64,000 bases of DNA. It comes from Nitrososphaerales archaeon. GTDB lineage: Archaea; Thermoproteota; Nitrososphaeria; Nitrososphaerales; Gagatemarchaeaceae. Below, in pieces: positions 1-9,838 of the stretch. Both the position numbers and the translations under genes were made by a program. Within the stretch, counting starts at the first letter, position 1, and the number at the start of each line of letters is the position of its first letter. The stretch is taken from positions 1,657-65,656 of the forward strand of contig DASPVO010000004.1 of the NCBI GenBank assembly GCA_035622335.1. The letters are read 5' to 3'. The notes beneath the pieces are model-generated. The model was not told the DNA's origin and did not search any database. It saw nothing but the letters and a program-made list of their open reading frames with translations.

Positions 1-388
1 CCTTCCATTCCAAAGCCTTGTCTAGAGAAAAGCCGAAGACCTCCTCATACGACGTGATGAAGTGAGGGATTCCCAGACTTTCGCTGAGTTCTCGCGCATG
101 GGTCAGTGCTTCCTCCCTGTATCCCTCGACGCCTTCGTCGACCGAAATCGCAGCGACCTCGTACCGGTGGGCCGAACTTAGTTCGTGCATAATCTTCAGC
201 AGTGACAGGCTGTCCTTCCCTCCTGAGACAGCAACGCCGACTTTCTGCCCCCGTTCGAGCATGCCATACTTGGAGATCGTGTGCTTCGTCTTCTCGACGA
301 TAGAGCTCTTGAAACAGGAGGTGCAGAGCGCCTCACCGGAGTATCTTCTCGTGAACGCTGCGCTCTCTCCGCACCTGCAGCTGGTCAA
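1..388 (-). CDS. PP-loop ATPase, tRNA 2-thiolation protein (NcsA/TtuA-like); N-terminal part, gene runs off the window edge
   Basis: Not in the ORF track. Reverse-strand translation from TTG (388-386) gives TSCRCGESAAFTRRYSGEALCTSCF...KVGVAVSGGKDSLSLLKIMH. This is a CxxC..CxxC zinc finger followed by the SGGKDS PP-loop, the TtuA/Ncs6 architecture. Confidence 0.75.
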   Translation of the reverse strand, partial: MTSCRCGESAAFTRRYSGEALCTSCFKSSIVEKTKHTISKYGMLERGQKVGVAVSGGKDSLSLLKIMHELSSAHRYEVAAISVDEGVEGYREEALTHARELSESLGIPHFITSYEEVFGFSLDKALEWK

Positions 389-538
389 GCTCTCAAGCGC
401 CTGTCATGACTCCTTGGGCATATGAACCCTTAAAGCGCAAGCGACCGCGGGACGATTAGTTTGGAAGAGGAGTTCAAGCGCTTTCAGGTTTACGCTCACA
501 TCATAGTTCTGTTCAGGACGCGCAGATTCTCTGGACTG

Positions 539-1708
539 ATGGAGAGGCTAGGCAGACTGAAGATAACGAGGCCCTCCGCATGGTTCATGCTCGTCCTTTT
601 TCCAATCTCTGCCGGGATCGCGCTCTTCATCTTCCTCTCGGACGCCGCGGTTTATCTGTCTCCGAGAGGATCCTCCGTCGCTCACGTGGTAAGCGTTCTC
701 GGACCGAGAGCGCTTCTGGCGCTCCCCGGCCTGAATCCATACGTTCCCTTCGTGTACGGATATCTGGCCATCGTGATCGCCGTGGTGATACACGAAGGCG
801 CACACGGGGTGATAGCGAGAAACCTTGGCCTCCCGGTGAAGTCGTCGGGTCTGATCTTCTTTCTGATCATTCCGATAGGAGCTTTTGTAGAGGTGGACGA
901 GAACGCCCTCCGAACAGCCAGAGCGAGGGATTCTGAGAGGGTGTTGGCGGGTGGCGCGGGTGTGAACCTGGTAGCCGCCGTCGTCGTTCTTCTCCTGCTG
1001 CTCTTGCTCGTGTCGTCCATGAAACCTGCGGTGAATGGGGTGGCCGTCGCCGCGGTGGAAGACCCCTCTCCCGCGTTCAGCGGAGGTCTACTGCCAGGCG
1101 ACTGGATTATCGCGGTGAACGGCTCGCCCGTGAACAGCTCGGGCGCGATCAGCTCAGCGCCTTGGTACCATCCAAGCAGCGTGATCAACCTGACGGTATG
1201 GAGGGACGGTAAGACAATAGAAATCGACGACTTGCAGCTCGCAAACAGCACGTTCAAGACAAGCCACGGGTACATCCTTGGCATCCAGAGCGAGGGTGCC
1301 GTCGAACTCAGGTCCGCGGTCTCGAGCTACACAGGCGCGCTCTTCAACGACCCGGTAGAATACTTCTGCCTCCCCACGTTCGTGGGTGTGACCTTCAACT
1401 GCGCCGACTCTATTCCGTTCGTGGGTCTGTCGCCCTACTACGTCTCGCCGATAGGCGGGTCGGTGATCCCCATCTCCAACCTTCTGTACTGGGTGTTCTT
1501 CATCAACCTAAACTTGGCGATATTCAACGCTCTGCCGATCTATCCCTTGGACGGAGGTCAGGGTTACTTCATCGCGGTGAGAGCCCTCGGACGAGGAAAA
1601 ATCTCTGAAGCCGGAGTGATGAAGGTCACGACGATAACTGCCGTTCTCCTCTTCGCACTCGTCCTCGCCGTGCTTCTGTATCCATACCTGATCGGAGTGC
1701 TGCCCTGA
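539..1708 (+). CDS. Site-2 protease family (M50) intramembrane metalloprotease with PDZ domain
   Basis: ORF 461..1708. HExxH (VIHEGAHGV) lies in a hydrophobic segment. The middle is PDZ-like (GGLLPGDWIIAVNG). Second S2P motif NLAIFNALPIYPLDGG. Start placed at the first ATG (539); TTG 461 is also possible. Confidence 0.85.
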   Translation: MERLGRLKITRPSAWFMLVLFPISAGIALFIFLSDAAVYLSPRGSSVAHVVSVLGPRALLALPGLNPYVPFVYGYLAIVIAVVIHEGAHGVIARNLGLPVKSSGLIFFLIIPIGAFVEVDENALRTARARDSERVLAGGAGVNLVAAVVVLLLLLLLVSSMKPAVNGVAVAAVEDPSPAFSGGLLPGDWIIAVNGSPVNSSGAISSAPWYHPSSVINLTVWRDGKTIEIDDLQLANSTFKTSHGYILGIQSEGAVELRSAVSSYTGALFNDPVEYFCLPTFVGVTFNCADSIPFVGLSPYYVSPIGGSVIPISNLLYWVFFINLNLAIFNALPIYPLDGGQGYFIAVRALGRGKISEAGVMKVTTITAVLLFALVLAVLLYPYLIGVLP

Positions 1709-1743
1709 TTGCGGGTTAAATAATCGGCTCGGCTTCTCGAAGG

Positions 1744-2061
1744 ATGATAGACGCTGCAGTTGAACTCCTAGCGAGCGTTTCGGCGACCAACAGCACATCG
1801 AACTCAGTCGCGGCCCCCAACTACACGACTGTGATCCAACAGATGGCGCAGGACTTCGTCAATTTCACTAGCGTCCTGCTGGGCGCGGTTGACTCCACAA
1901 TCCTGACCATCGCGCGTCTGGTCTACATCTCGGTTCTCTTGATAGGTGTGCTCCTGTACTTCACGCACGCAGAGAAGAGGCTGGGGAAGGACATGATCAA
2001 GGGCGGAATCGTGCTCGCGGTGCTCGCAGAGTTCGTGTTCCCTGCGGTCTCTAGGCTTTGA
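1744..2061 (+). CDS. small hypothetical membrane protein
   Basis: 105-aa ORF with two hydrophobic helices (ILTIARLVYISVLLIGVLLYF, GGIVLAVLAEFVFPAV). No recognisable family. Confidence 0.45.
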   Translation: MIDAAVELLASVSATNSTSNSVAAPNYTTVIQQMAQDFVNFTSVLLGAVDSTILTIARLVYISVLLIGVLLYFTHAEKRLGKDMIKGGIVLAVLAEFVFPAVSRL

Positions 2062-3109
2062 CAGGGTATCGGAGCAGAGCCACAATCCCTCCGAATGAAG
2101 ACACCTGCTTGCCGAACTCGAGAGAAGAGTCAGCGAGATACACTCTACCTCCGCGCTCCTCCACCGCGTTAAGAGTCGAGACGAGCTGGTCCTCACGGAC
2201 GTTGTTCGCGAACACGTCGTCCGAAACGGCGCATGCCTCCACGGCGCCGGCGGTCGCTGCGTCTCTCACCCTGGGATAGGAATAGCAGACCCTCGTGTCG
2301 CCGACCGCGAGCCTCCTGACGACCTCTTCGACCACTCGCTGCATTTCAACAAGGGTGGAGTCCTTCGCGAGCTCTTGAAAGGCAGGATACTTGACCATGC
2401 CCCGGACCCCATCCGGTCCCGCGAGGTCGAAACCATCGATTACCCTGACAGGAGGTTTGCCACCGAGCGCCTGGGACAGCGCGTTTCCGAGGGTGCCCTT
2501 CGACTGCCCGGGGCCAGCCACAACAATCATGTCTTGCTCCTTCGCATCCCTGACTATGATGTCGGCCACCTTTGAAAAGTAGGGCTTCGGGTTTTGCTCA
2601 GCGGTCATTTTCCCCCCGAGACCCGATTCGACGGAGGTGAGGACCGCAAGGTGCGATCCCGAGAGGGTGCCTATACCCGCTTCCCGCCTGTCAATGGCGA
2701 CAAGCAAGACCCTATGGGAAGAGGAGTTAGCGGACTTCACCAGGTTTATCTCTACATTCGTCCACTTCTCCTTTCGAATCGTCAATGCCCTGCCTGCTGA
2801 GAGGGAAACGGAGTGAGAACCTGCCTTGCCTATGCTCTCGTCGTCCGTCTCGACTATCTCGCCCCTAACCTTGAGCCTCTCGATGCTGCTGTCGAGTTTC
2901 GTCTCCTCTACCCTGATCGCCATCGTCACCTTCACCCTCTCTCCCTTATCAGGTCTCGAATACTCATCCTCATTCTTGACGACGCGCGAGCTTCTCGTCA
3001 CTATGACGTCACCCTTGGATATCAGACGGAGCAAAGTCCAGAGATCGTCAGCGGATTCTACAACTAGCGAACAATCGCCGCGTCTGGGATTGAAGCTATT
3101 TACGATCAA
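2051..3109 (-). CDS. pelA: Pelota (Dom34 homologue, mRNA surveillance / ribosome rescue)
   Basis: 352 aa. The N-terminus (SLVVESADDLWTLLRLISKGDVI) and overall eRF1-like layout are typical of archaeal Pelota. Confidence 0.9.
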   Translation of the reverse strand: MIVNSFNPRRGDCSLVVESADDLWTLLRLISKGDVIVTRSSRVVKNEDEYSRPDKGERVKVTMAIRVEETKLDSSIERLKVRGEIVETDDESIGKAGSHSVSLSAGRALTIRKEKWTNVEINLVKSANSSSHRVLLVAIDRREAGIGTLSGSHLAVLTSVESGLGGKMTAEQNPKPYFSKVADIIVRDAKEQDMIVVAGPGQSKGTLGNALSQALGGKPPVRVIDGFDLAGPDGVRGMVKYPAFQELAKDSTLVEMQRVVEEVVRRLAVGDTRVCYSYPRVRDAATAGAVEACAVSDDVFANNVREDQLVSTLNAVEERGGRVYLADSSLEFGKQVSSFGGIVALLRYPVKA

Positions 3110-3118
3110 CCAGAAGTT

Positions 3119-4279
3119 TTACTCTAGGCCGAGGTCTCTGAAGGTGCCGATTCGCACGTCGTCTGGAACGCTCCTGAATTCCCCCGTCCGGTGACCTATG
3201 ATGCCCTTCACTCCCACCTTGGTCGCGGAGTCGACGAGCCTCTGCGTGACAATTCCGTCAAAGACGAGGAAGTGGGCACCGCTGGAGGTCTCCATCTTCT
3301 GTACCAGCTCGCTGATGGGGAACCGACCCACCTCCTGGAGTGATTCGTCCAGAAGGATTGCCTCTAACGTGCCGTTCAGAGTCGGATAAATCTCTCGCGT
3401 CTTCTCGACGATGGGCTCGTCGTGGTCCTGCTGCTCGGTCGGTCGTTCGATCGGTCTCTCTTTTCTCTGAACAGGGTGCGCCTCTTTCTCGCCCCTGACC
3501 AGGTTGATCACCTCGATAGGAGTCAGTTCCTCGACCTCTCTGCCCGGAGGCGCTCTCAGAACCTTCTCGACCCTCACGACCTGCGCGAGCTCCTTTTCGA
3601 TCAGGTCGCCCCCTCTGTCCCCGTCGAGTATCGCTATCAAGCGCTTCTTCTTGCTGAGCTCGATTATCGAGTCGGGAACGCTTGTCCCCTCGAGAGCCAC
3701 CACGTTCTCTATTCCAGCTCTCAGGAAAAGGACGACGTCCGCCCTCCCCTCGACAAGGTAAACAAGATCAGACGTGAAGACGCCGGGCCCGGCGGGAAGA
3801 TTCTCCATGCCAAAGTTCACGACCTTTGCCCTCTTCGTGGAGTCGGTGACGTCCTTCAGCACGTTGTCGCCCTCGCTGGACGTCTTGGAGCTCCAGTCTC
3901 TGACTATGAGCTTGGCCCTGTCAACAATCTGCTTGCGCTTCGTAGCGCGCACGTCGTCGATCGCTTCGAGCATCACTCTGGCGCTGCACGGTCCGACCTT
4001 GTCTACGCTCTCAACGGCTGCGGCTATCAGCGCTGCCGTCCCGATGTCCGTTGACATGGGGACGATGACCTCGCCCTTCGTCTTGTCGTTCTTCGACTCG
4101 AGGTTGATCTCGATTCTGCCGACTTTCCAGCTCTTTTGGAGCTCGTTCAGATTCATCTCTGGACCAAAGAGACCTTCGGTCTGACCGAAGATCGCCCCGA
4201 TCACGTCGGCCCGTTCGACGACTCCGTCTACTTCAAACCTCAGCCTTACGAGGTACTTTACTATACCCGAATCTGGCAA
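3119..4279 (-). CDS. dnaG: archaeal DnaG-type primase (Toprim)
   Basis: N-terminus VKYLVRLRFEVDGVVERADVIGAIFGQTEGLFG is the archaeal DnaG signature. Toprim core: YLVEGRADV...ILDGDRGGD. Confidence 0.9.
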   Translation of the reverse strand: MPDSGIVKYLVRLRFEVDGVVERADVIGAIFGQTEGLFGPEMNLNELQKSWKVGRIEINLESKNDKTKGEVIVPMSTDIGTAALIAAAVESVDKVGPCSARVMLEAIDDVRATKRKQIVDRAKLIVRDWSSKTSSEGDNVLKDVTDSTKRAKVVNFGMENLPAGPGVFTSDLVYLVEGRADVVLFLRAGIENVVALEGTSVPDSIIELSKKKRLIAILDGDRGGDLIEKELAQVVRVEKVLRAPPGREVEELTPIEVINLVRGEKEAHPVQRKERPIERPTEQQDHDEPIVEKTREIYPTLNGTLEAILLDESLQEVGRFPISELVQKMETSSGAHFLVFDGIVTQRLVDSATKVGVKGIIGHRTGEFRSVPDDVRIGTFRDLGLE

Positions 4280-4371
4280 ATTCTTTCATCTCATTTCTCC
4301 AATTGCTAAATCGTAATTAGCCTTACAGTGTTCGCCAAAAATTACATAAATATAAACTCTAGGTTTTGCAA

Positions 4372-4767
4372 TCAGTCACCTAGCTGATCGAAGAACCTAG
4401 AGAGGTTCTCCACGTGTCTGAAGACCCCTCCTGAGGCTTCCAGGAGTCGCCTCCTCTCCTTCAGGGACACCCTGTAGCCTTCGTGCACCAGCCTCCTCGA
4501 ATACCTGGCAGCGAGGCGCCCTCCCTCCCTGTCTAGGTCGGTCAAGATCACGACGCCCTTCGGGAATCCAAGCGATGACCTTCGAGCTTTTGGCCCTGAA
4601 AGCGTAGAGACCCTTCCCGAGTATCCAATCCCCTTCAAGGCTCTGGCGTCCCTGGCCCCCTCGACAAGCACGATCCAGCCCTCCTCTGAGAGGTGGTTCA
4701 GGTCAACGACGAAGTCCTTGAGGCCGTCGACAAACGCGCTGTATCTCTTCTCTTCGCCGATCCTCAT
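4372..4767 (-). CDS. small Toprim-domain protein (RNase M5-like fold)
   Basis: WIVLVEGARDARALKGIGY...VVILTDLDREGGRLA (the Toprim E and DxD motifs). Start placed at ATG 4767; the maximal ORF reaches 4845. Confidence 0.6.
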   Translation of the reverse strand: MRIGEEKRYSAFVDGLKDFVVDLNHLSEEGWIVLVEGARDARALKGIGYSGRVSTLSGPKARRSSLGFPKGVVILTDLDREGGRLAARYSRRLVHEGYRVSLKERRRLLEASGGVFRHVENLSRFFDQLGD

Positions 4768-4984
4768 GTCTGACCTCTGGGTTGAATGTGTTGCCCGTCT
4801 CTGACGGGCCCGGATCATGCCCCAGCTTTCAGCGGGGGACGTCACCGAACCTCTTCAACGGGCAGACGGCCTCCGTCTGTCGCGCGTCTGGGTAAACCAC
4901 CTGCTCATCAAAGCGTTTCCGCCTTCGCACATGGCCGTTTGGCGCGCATAGAACGAAAGCCGTCGAGACCCAGTTTCGGACGGA

Positions 4985-6619
4985 CTATTTTATGTGTTTG
5001 TACATCGAGGTCAGGTTGACCTCGAAGCCAGACACGGGGACGCCGAGGCCGAAGGAGACCAACGCCTCCGCCTTGACTTCTCCTACATACCCAACGGTCT
5101 TTCCGTTCAAAGCGACAGACGCAGAACGACCAGAGGAGAACGGCCAGTAATCGCGTTGCTTGGCTCGAATGTCGAAGCCAGCTAGGTCCCGACAGAATGT
5201 CTCGAGCTGGCTCTTGGCCTCGCTGAATGACGCCTGTGCGTGTGCGATAAGGGAGCCCAGCATCCAAGACTCCACGATGGTGTTTCCTTTTTTGGAGTAG
5301 ACACGGCCCACCTCGAAGACCTGCTGAGGATAATCCTCCTTTGCATTCTTCACCATGGCTGCGATCAAGGTGGGGAGCAGGGAGTCGCGCAACACGGCAT
5401 GCTCGCGACTTCTGGGCGCCTCCACGGATATCGCTTCGCTCGAAGGTCTGCCGAATTTGGTGTAGACGGAGTCCAGGTCGGTCAGCTCGTAGGTCATCAG
5501 TTCCACCATGCCCGCCCCGGACATCAGGTCGGCTACCTTGTCAGCAAAGACATCGAACCCGTTGAACTGACCAGGTCTCGGCGCGACGGGGTAGACCGGT
5601 CTGATTCTGTCCACACCGTATCCTAGCATGGCTTCCTCTGCTACGTCCACTGGGTGCATGATGTCCTTCCTGTAGCATGGATACAGGACGTTCTCGCCAT
5701 GAACTTCGAGGCCGCATCTCGCTAGACATGTTACCAGTTGTCTTTCCGTGAGGCTCAGGCCCGTAACTCTGGAAACGAGGGACGTGTCGAGGGCCATCGT
5801 TCCTGGAGAGAGGTCAGGCGTCACAACCTCGCCCGTCGGGTATCTGATCCTTACTGATGCGAGCCTACCGCCCATTTCCGAGAGCGTGGTCGCGATAATA
5901 GCGAGCGCTTCGTCAACGCCCCGACGGGCGCCGCCCGTTACTTCCACCAAGAGGGCCCTCGTGTCGGTGCCCACCTTCGTCGCTTCCCCGTTAATGATCG
6001 GCGGGAAAGAGAGCACCGTTCCGGAGGAATCTTCGATGATTGGGAACCTCTTCTCGCCCTTGAGCACCGGGCGGTATTCTCTGCCCGAGGTAGTGGCGTC
6101 GAGGATCTTGTCCATGGTCATCTTGCGAGTAGAGCCGAGCGGGACGAAGCCGAAGCTGCGGCCGACGGTCCTGTACGCGATACTCCCAGTCAGGCCGGAG
6201 CTGTCGTGAAGGCCGATTGCAAACAACCTCCTTCGGCGGCCTAGCCCGTTGTGCAGGTCTTCTTGCAGCGAAACGAGCTGTCGGATGTCTTCGTCGTCAA
6301 GCCTGAGGCCCTTCGCCGCCACGCAGGCTATGAAGGGTCTGACATCCGAGACGCTTCGGTCCACCGACACGACGATTCCGCCTTGTCTGACCTCGTACCT
6401 CTCGAGACCTGTCTTCAGGCCGAGCACCCCACGAAGCGCACGAGCTATCCCATAGTCTGTGCCGAAGTCCGGTCTGTTCGGACTGTACTCCACCCTCACG
6501 GTCTCTCTGTCAGAGCTCTCTATGTCAAGGCCGATGTAGGGCAACCGTTCCTCTATCTTGCTCACAGAGGCGCCCACGAGCTTGGCGAGACGCTTCTTTC
6601 TAATTGCGACGACCGGCAA
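4985..6619 (-). CDS. pheT: phenylalanyl-tRNA synthetase beta subunit
   Basis: 544 aa. The N-terminus (RLPYIGLDIES...VEYSPNRPDFGTDYGIARALRG) is typical of archaeal PheT. Overlaps the pheS stop by 20 nt. Confidence 0.92.
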   Translation of the reverse strand: MPVVAIRKKRLAKLVGASVSKIEERLPYIGLDIESSDRETVRVEYSPNRPDFGTDYGIARALRGVLGLKTGLERYEVRQGGIVVSVDRSVSDVRPFIACVAAKGLRLDDEDIRQLVSLQEDLHNGLGRRRRLFAIGLHDSSGLTGSIAYRTVGRSFGFVPLGSTRKMTMDKILDATTSGREYRPVLKGEKRFPIIEDSSGTVLSFPPIINGEATKVGTDTRALLVEVTGGARRGVDEALAIIATTLSEMGGRLASVRIRYPTGEVVTPDLSPGTMALDTSLVSRVTGLSLTERQLVTCLARCGLEVHGENVLYPCYRKDIMHPVDVAEEAMLGYGVDRIRPVYPVAPRPGQFNGFDVFADKVADLMSGAGMVELMTYELTDLDSVYTKFGRPSSEAISVEAPRSREHAVLRDSLLPTLIAAMVKNAKEDYPQQVFEVGRVYSKKGNTIVESWMLGSLIAHAQASFSEAKSQLETFCRDLAGFDIRAKQRDYWPFSSGRSASVALNGKTVGYVGEVKAEALVSFGLGVPVSGFEVNLTSMYKHIK

Positions 6620-8084
6620 ACTCCACCCTGCTCCTCAACCATCCCAGGTCGCTGTCGTAGAGGCTCCTGATGTCGTCCAAACCATACTTCAGGAGCATCA
6701 AACGTTCGATTCCGGGCCCCCAAGCCAAGACCGGGACTCTAACCCCGAGCGGGACGGTGACTTCGGGCCTGAAGACTCCTGACCCTCCCAGCTCGATCCA
6801 ATCCTTGACAATCTCAGAGTATCCCATGACTTGGAGTGAAGGCTCTGTGTAGGGGAAGAACGTTGGCCAGAGCTTGACACCCCTCATGCCCAACTTCTTG
6901 TAGAACTCCGTCAGAAAGCCCATCAGGTGGCGCACGCTCAAGCCCTCACCGACTATGATACCGTCCATTTGGTGAAACTCGGCGATGTGCTTGTAGTCGA
7001 GACTCTCGTTCCTGTAGACCTTGCTGACCGCGAAGACTCGCGCCTCTCTTTCTCCTGACTCGAAGAGAGAACGGACTGTGAGCACTGTGTTGTGGGTGCG
7101 AAGAACTAGTCTCCTTGCCTCTTCGGTGCTCCAAGCGTACCCCCAGCCCCTGCTCCCCGAGGCCCCTCCTTTCTCGTGAGTGGATGCGACTCTGTCCACC
7201 ACGCCCTTTCGTTTCAGACCAGGTTCTCTGTATCCTGAGATGTAGAAGGTGTCTTGCATCTCTCTACCCGGATGGTCTTGCGGGATGAACAGGGCGTCGA
7301 AGTTCCAGAATGAGGGTTGGATGCTGTTCCCCTCGAGCTCGGTGAAACCCATGGAGAGGTAGACCTCCCTGACTTCGCGTATGAAGTCCCGGACTGGATG
7401 TCTTCTGCCCGGGTACAGCTTCGCTGCGGGTGCTTCGACGTCGATGGGTCTAAGGGGTTTCCTCCAGCCGCCAGAAGCGAGAGCCTCGGGAGTCAGTCTG
7501 TCGAGGTATTCCTCCTGCGAGCCTAGCGCGGCCGAGTCGCCGGCGGCGGTCGTCCTGACCGAGACCGTAGAAACGGTCTCTTCCATCACGTAACCCCTCC
7601 TCATCAAGTCGTCGAGCAATCGCCTGCGCTCATTCGGAACCTCGACTTCGCCAGCCCCCGCCGACAGAGACTCGATCAAGGCTTCTAGAGCCCTTGGCCC
7701 CGACGAGTCTGTCTGGGAGACAAACGGCTTGCCGTCCTTCGATTCGACGCGTATCCATCCGTTCGATCTGGCCCTGCCCAACGCGGCTGAAAATTCGTCC
7801 CCTGAACCGAACTTCTTCCTCAGCTCGTCGAAGCTGACCCCCCCATTCTTCGACACCAGCCTAGACAGAAGGACCTCAGGAGGGGTCTCTTGCTTCACGA
7901 CGAGCTTCCTTGAGGTAGCCTCTTTCGTTTCGACGAGGCTTTTCGAGCCGAGCCATGACAGAGACCTCCTCACCCTGTCTGGGGAGAGACCGCTCGAGTC
8001 GACAAGCTGTTGGAATGTCATCCATCCCCTCCCCCTCAACGTGGACAGGACAGTTCGCTCTATGGGGTGTAATGGGTTGGGCAT
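6600..8084 (-). CDS. pheS: phenylalanyl-tRNA synthetase alpha subunit
   Basis: 494 aa. Class II core motifs: FIPQDHPGREMQDTFY, GGSGVFRPEVT, AWGPGIERLMLLKYG. Confidence 0.92.
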   Translation of the reverse strand: MPNPLHPIERTVLSTLRGRGWMTFQQLVDSSGLSPDRVRRSLSWLGSKSLVETKEATSRKLVVKQETPPEVLLSRLVSKNGGVSFDELRKKFGSGDEFSAALGRARSNGWIRVESKDGKPFVSQTDSSGPRALEALIESLSAGAGEVEVPNERRRLLDDLMRRGYVMEETVSTVSVRTTAAGDSAALGSQEEYLDRLTPEALASGGWRKPLRPIDVEAPAAKLYPGRRHPVRDFIREVREVYLSMGFTELEGNSIQPSFWNFDALFIPQDHPGREMQDTFYISGYREPGLKRKGVVDRVASTHEKGGASGSRGWGYAWSTEEARRLVLRTHNTVLTVRSLFESGEREARVFAVSKVYRNESLDYKHIAEFHQMDGIIVGEGLSVRHLMGFLTEFYKKLGMRGVKLWPTFFPYTEPSLQVMGYSEIVKDWIELGGSGVFRPEVTVPLGVRVPVLAWGPGIERLMLLKYGLDDIRSLYDSDLGWLRSRVEFAGRRN

Positions 8085-8090
8085 GCTCCA

Positions 8091-9224
8091 TCACTTCTCA
8101 GGGGAAGTTCTCAGGTACTGCCTGCTCTTGACCAGGAGTTCGCGCGCGTCGCTCATGAGGGAGTCTCGTTTTTTCTGCTGCTCCTCCAGAGAGGCCTTCA
8201 CAAGGGCCGCCGCCTCCTTCTTGCAGGGACCGCACATCCTGATCCCCTCTACGCACTCGTAGTGGACTCGGTTCACGTGGTCGTCGTCCGGGTCGAAGTG
8301 ATAGCTGTAGAGTTCGAAGACGGGGCACTTGTCTGCCTCTCCCCCGAGGCGCCTTTGTTCCTCCTCTGTGGCACGTCCTCCGGTGAAGGCGGAAAGCACC
8401 TTCTTGCTGGCCAAGGAAGGCGGGTCTTCCAGCGTCAGAGAGGAAGACGCATCCCTCTTGGACATCTTGGTCTGCCCGTTCAGGCTCAGGCTCAGCCTGT
8501 GATAGATGGCGGAAGGGAGTATGAAACCGAAGTCGTCGTGATACTTTGCCGCGAGGTCTCTGGCGAGCCTGATGTGGGGGTCCTGGTCTGCCCCCACCGG
8601 GACCAGGACGGGCTTTGCCCCTCCGAACTCAGGCAGCTGCGGCATGAGTATGTCGCCTGCCTGCACGAGCGCAGAGAGGTAGAGGCCGATTGGCCTCTCG
8701 CCATAGATAGCCCTGAGCATGTTGTTGGTGACTCCACGGGAGAAGATGGCCGCGAACCTCATCACTCGCGCCTCTTCGCTCTGGAAGTAGACCACCGTCC
8801 TGTCCGGGTCTAGGCCCAGCGCCAGGGCGTCGGCGACGTTCTGGACCGCGAGTTTGGCGCTGTCCTTGAAGGGAATGCCGTTGTCGCAATAGGCTTCGAC
8901 GTCGGCGATCGCATAGTAGACGATCGCTTTCTTCGACAGCGACTGGAAGAAGATCATGTCATCGGCGGTCATCTTGTTCCCCAAGTGGAAAGACCCGGTC
9001 GGTTTGATACCGCTCATAATGGCGAAGCTCTTGTTGTTCGCCACCGCGTCTAGAACTCTGGCCAGGTCGCGCTGCCCGAAATCGATCCTTCTCCTGATAT
9101 GGCTGCTCAGCCGGGGAAACTTGGGCAGAATGGAGTCAATGGGCTCGATCCCGAACTCGGATTGGAGACGGCCGTAGTCCTTTATCGCAGATGCTCCCCA
9201 AGGATCGAGCTGGTCTCCCGGCAC
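8091..9224 (-). CDS. trpS: tryptophanyl-tRNA synthetase
   Basis: Class I motifs: HIGH-like PTGSFHLGN and KMSKS-like KMSKRD. Archaeal/eukaryal-type TrpRS length. In line with pheS-pheT. Confidence 0.88.
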   Translation of the reverse strand: MPGDQLDPWGASAIKDYGRLQSEFGIEPIDSILPKFPRLSSHIRRRIDFGQRDLARVLDAVANNKSFAIMSGIKPTGSFHLGNKMTADDMIFFQSLSKKAIVYYAIADVEAYCDNGIPFKDSAKLAVQNVADALALGLDPDRTVVYFQSEEARVMRFAAIFSRGVTNNMLRAIYGERPIGLYLSALVQAGDILMPQLPEFGGAKPVLVPVGADQDPHIRLARDLAAKYHDDFGFILPSAIYHRLSLSLNGQTKMSKRDASSSLTLEDPPSLASKKVLSAFTGGRATEEEQRRLGGEADKCPVFELYSYHFDPDDDHVNRVHYECVEGIRMCGPCKKEAAALVKASLEEQQKKRDSLMSDARELLVKSRQYLRTSPEK

Positions 9225-9282
9225 GGTTCAGTCGCCCGCTCGCCGGTGAATTAATCCCTTTCCGACCCAGGAGGCGATGGGG

Positions 9283-9759
9283 TCAACCTTTGGTCCCAAC
9301 AAGTTCTCCTGACTCGTCTATCTCTCCGTTTCGTATGCGGCTTGATGAGATCGGGGTCCCGTCTTCGGCTAGGACGTAATCGAGGACCACGACCTTGAGA
9401 GGAGGGAATCCTTTCTCCTCCCGAAGCTTGTTTGCTATTTCCACGCGGGGCTCCGTCTCCGTGCTGACGACTATCGCCTCCACCTCTGGAGATGCGATAC
9501 CAGGTCCGAAGTAGTCGTCCAGCTTGGAGATGCGGTACTCTCGCCCAGGAAAGTTCGTTCGGATGTACAGTTCCAGGGCTCGAACCCTTTCGGAGTAAGT
9601 TTGGTCTGGCGTCTTTCCCTCCCTCCTCACGAAGGAATCTGACGTGACGCCCACGACTACTCTCTCTCCGACTTCGAAGCTCTTTGAAATCAAAGCCTCG
9701 TGCCCCTTGTGAAGATGGTCGAAGGTACCCCCGGTGGCTACCGTTCTGAACTTCATCAT
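9283..9759 (-). CDS. coaD: archaeal-type phosphopantetheine adenylyltransferase (cytidylyltransferase fold)
   Basis: ATGGTFDHLHKGHEALI nucleotidyltransferase motif near the N-terminus when started at ATG 9759. The upstream part of the 207-aa ORF overlaps the divergent map gene and looks non-coding. Confidence 0.8.
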   Translation of the reverse strand: MMKFRTVATGGTFDHLHKGHEALISKSFEVGERVVVGVTSDSFVRREGKTPDQTYSERVRALELYIRTNFPGREYRISKLDDYFGPGIASPEVEAIVVSTETEPRVEIANKLREEKGFPPLKVVVLDYVLAEDGTPISSSRIRNGEIDESGELVGTKG

Positions 9760-9838
9760 TCCAACCCTGGCAAGAGTATCAATTGAAATAATCCAGCGAG
9801 GCGGAGTCAAATGCCGCAATAAGAGTTGTGAGTCAGAA

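Noticed and set aside
9734-9838. N-terminal extension of the MetAP ORF
   Set aside because: It overlaps the divergent PPAT start and has no counterpart in MetAP N-termini. It is more likely the shared promoter region.
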